DNA from: Candidatus Woesearchaeota archaeon
GTDB lineage: Archaea; Nanobdellota; Nanobdellia; Pacearchaeales; GW2011-AR1
DNA: 38,663 nt
Direction of reading: 5' to 3'
NCBI GenBank assembly: GCA_964395405.1
Contig: CAYNAV010000003.1
Coordinates: 1-38,663, forward strand
Shown here: positions 38,632-38,663 of the stretch, piece by piece
How the letters are laid out: every line of letters starts with the position of its first letter
Numbering within the stretch: the first letter of the stretch is position 1
Notes under the pieces: model-generated
What the model saw: the letters and a program-made list of their open reading frames with translations, nothing else
Database searches by the model: none
Told to the model about the DNA's origin: nothing
Position numbers and translations under genes: made by a program

Positions 38632-38663
38632 AGGATAACTTAAAGTTCCATGAAACCTATCTT

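Noticed and set aside
1-38663. Search for CRISPR arrays, rRNA genes, reverse transcriptase/retron or DGR features, and additional tRNAs
   Set aside because: I found no regularly spaced 25-40-nt direct repeats, no rRNA-like conserved blocks and no RT motif (YxDD) in any long ORF. Only one cloverleaf was recognised. Small ncRNAs cannot be excluded by eye.

Overview
This is an AT-rich prokaryotic window, most probably archaeal and DPANN-like. Evidence for an archaeal origin:
- The tRNA-Asp has a eukaryal/archaeal-style D-arm, a TTCAATC T-loop and no encoded CCA.
- TTTATATA-type boxes sit 19-25 nt upstream of the ATG of first genes, while GGAGG-type SD sequences precede internal genes.
- TrmB, a Csa3-like CARF protein and an Hjc-like protein are present.
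A CPR bacterium cannot be excluded without searches.

The pivot is a tRNA-Asp(GUC) gene at 7226..7297 on the minus strand.

Left of the tRNA (57..7203) lies a 7.1-kb segment bracketed by a perfect 34-bp direct repeat made of the tRNA 3' end plus its flank. It carries:
- a 6-gene minus-strand operon with two orphan receiver domains, a COG3911-like P-loop ATPase, unknowns and a mini AbrB-like protein;
- a NitT/TauT-type ABC transporter with an SBP-permease fusion;
- a divergent TrmB regulator.
No recombinase is present in this segment.

Right of the tRNA (7299..38613) lies a ~31.3-kb integrative element. It is bracketed by an 18-bp direct repeat of the tRNA 5' end, with an intact tyrosine integrase next to the distal repeat. 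Its backbone contains RHH regulators, a 618-aa Rep-like NTPase with an inverted CTGACAC iteron cluster, a P-loop ATPase with a C-terminal HTH, a short serine recombinase, and secreted or anchored surface proteins, one with a PEP-CTERM-like tail.

The element's cargo is a dense defence island. A 13-gene co-directional block (12710..24348) ends in GmrSD and a type I R-M system (hsdM, two embedded multi-TM genes, hsdS, hsdR). That block is preceded by a SMUG/MUG-motif glycosylase-like gene abutted to a Cas4-like plus DEDDy exonuclease protein (DUF2779-like). Elsewhere in the element are a CARF-wHTH / Hjc-like nuclease / small-protein operon, a coupled PD-(D/E)XK pair and an orphan PIN.

The best candidates for an undescribed system are:
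- the glycosylase-like + dual-nuclease pair;
- the membrane proteins embedded in the type I R-M system;
- the CRISPR-less CARF operon.

All functional calls rest on motifs read by eye. No HMM, BLAST or structure search was possible.
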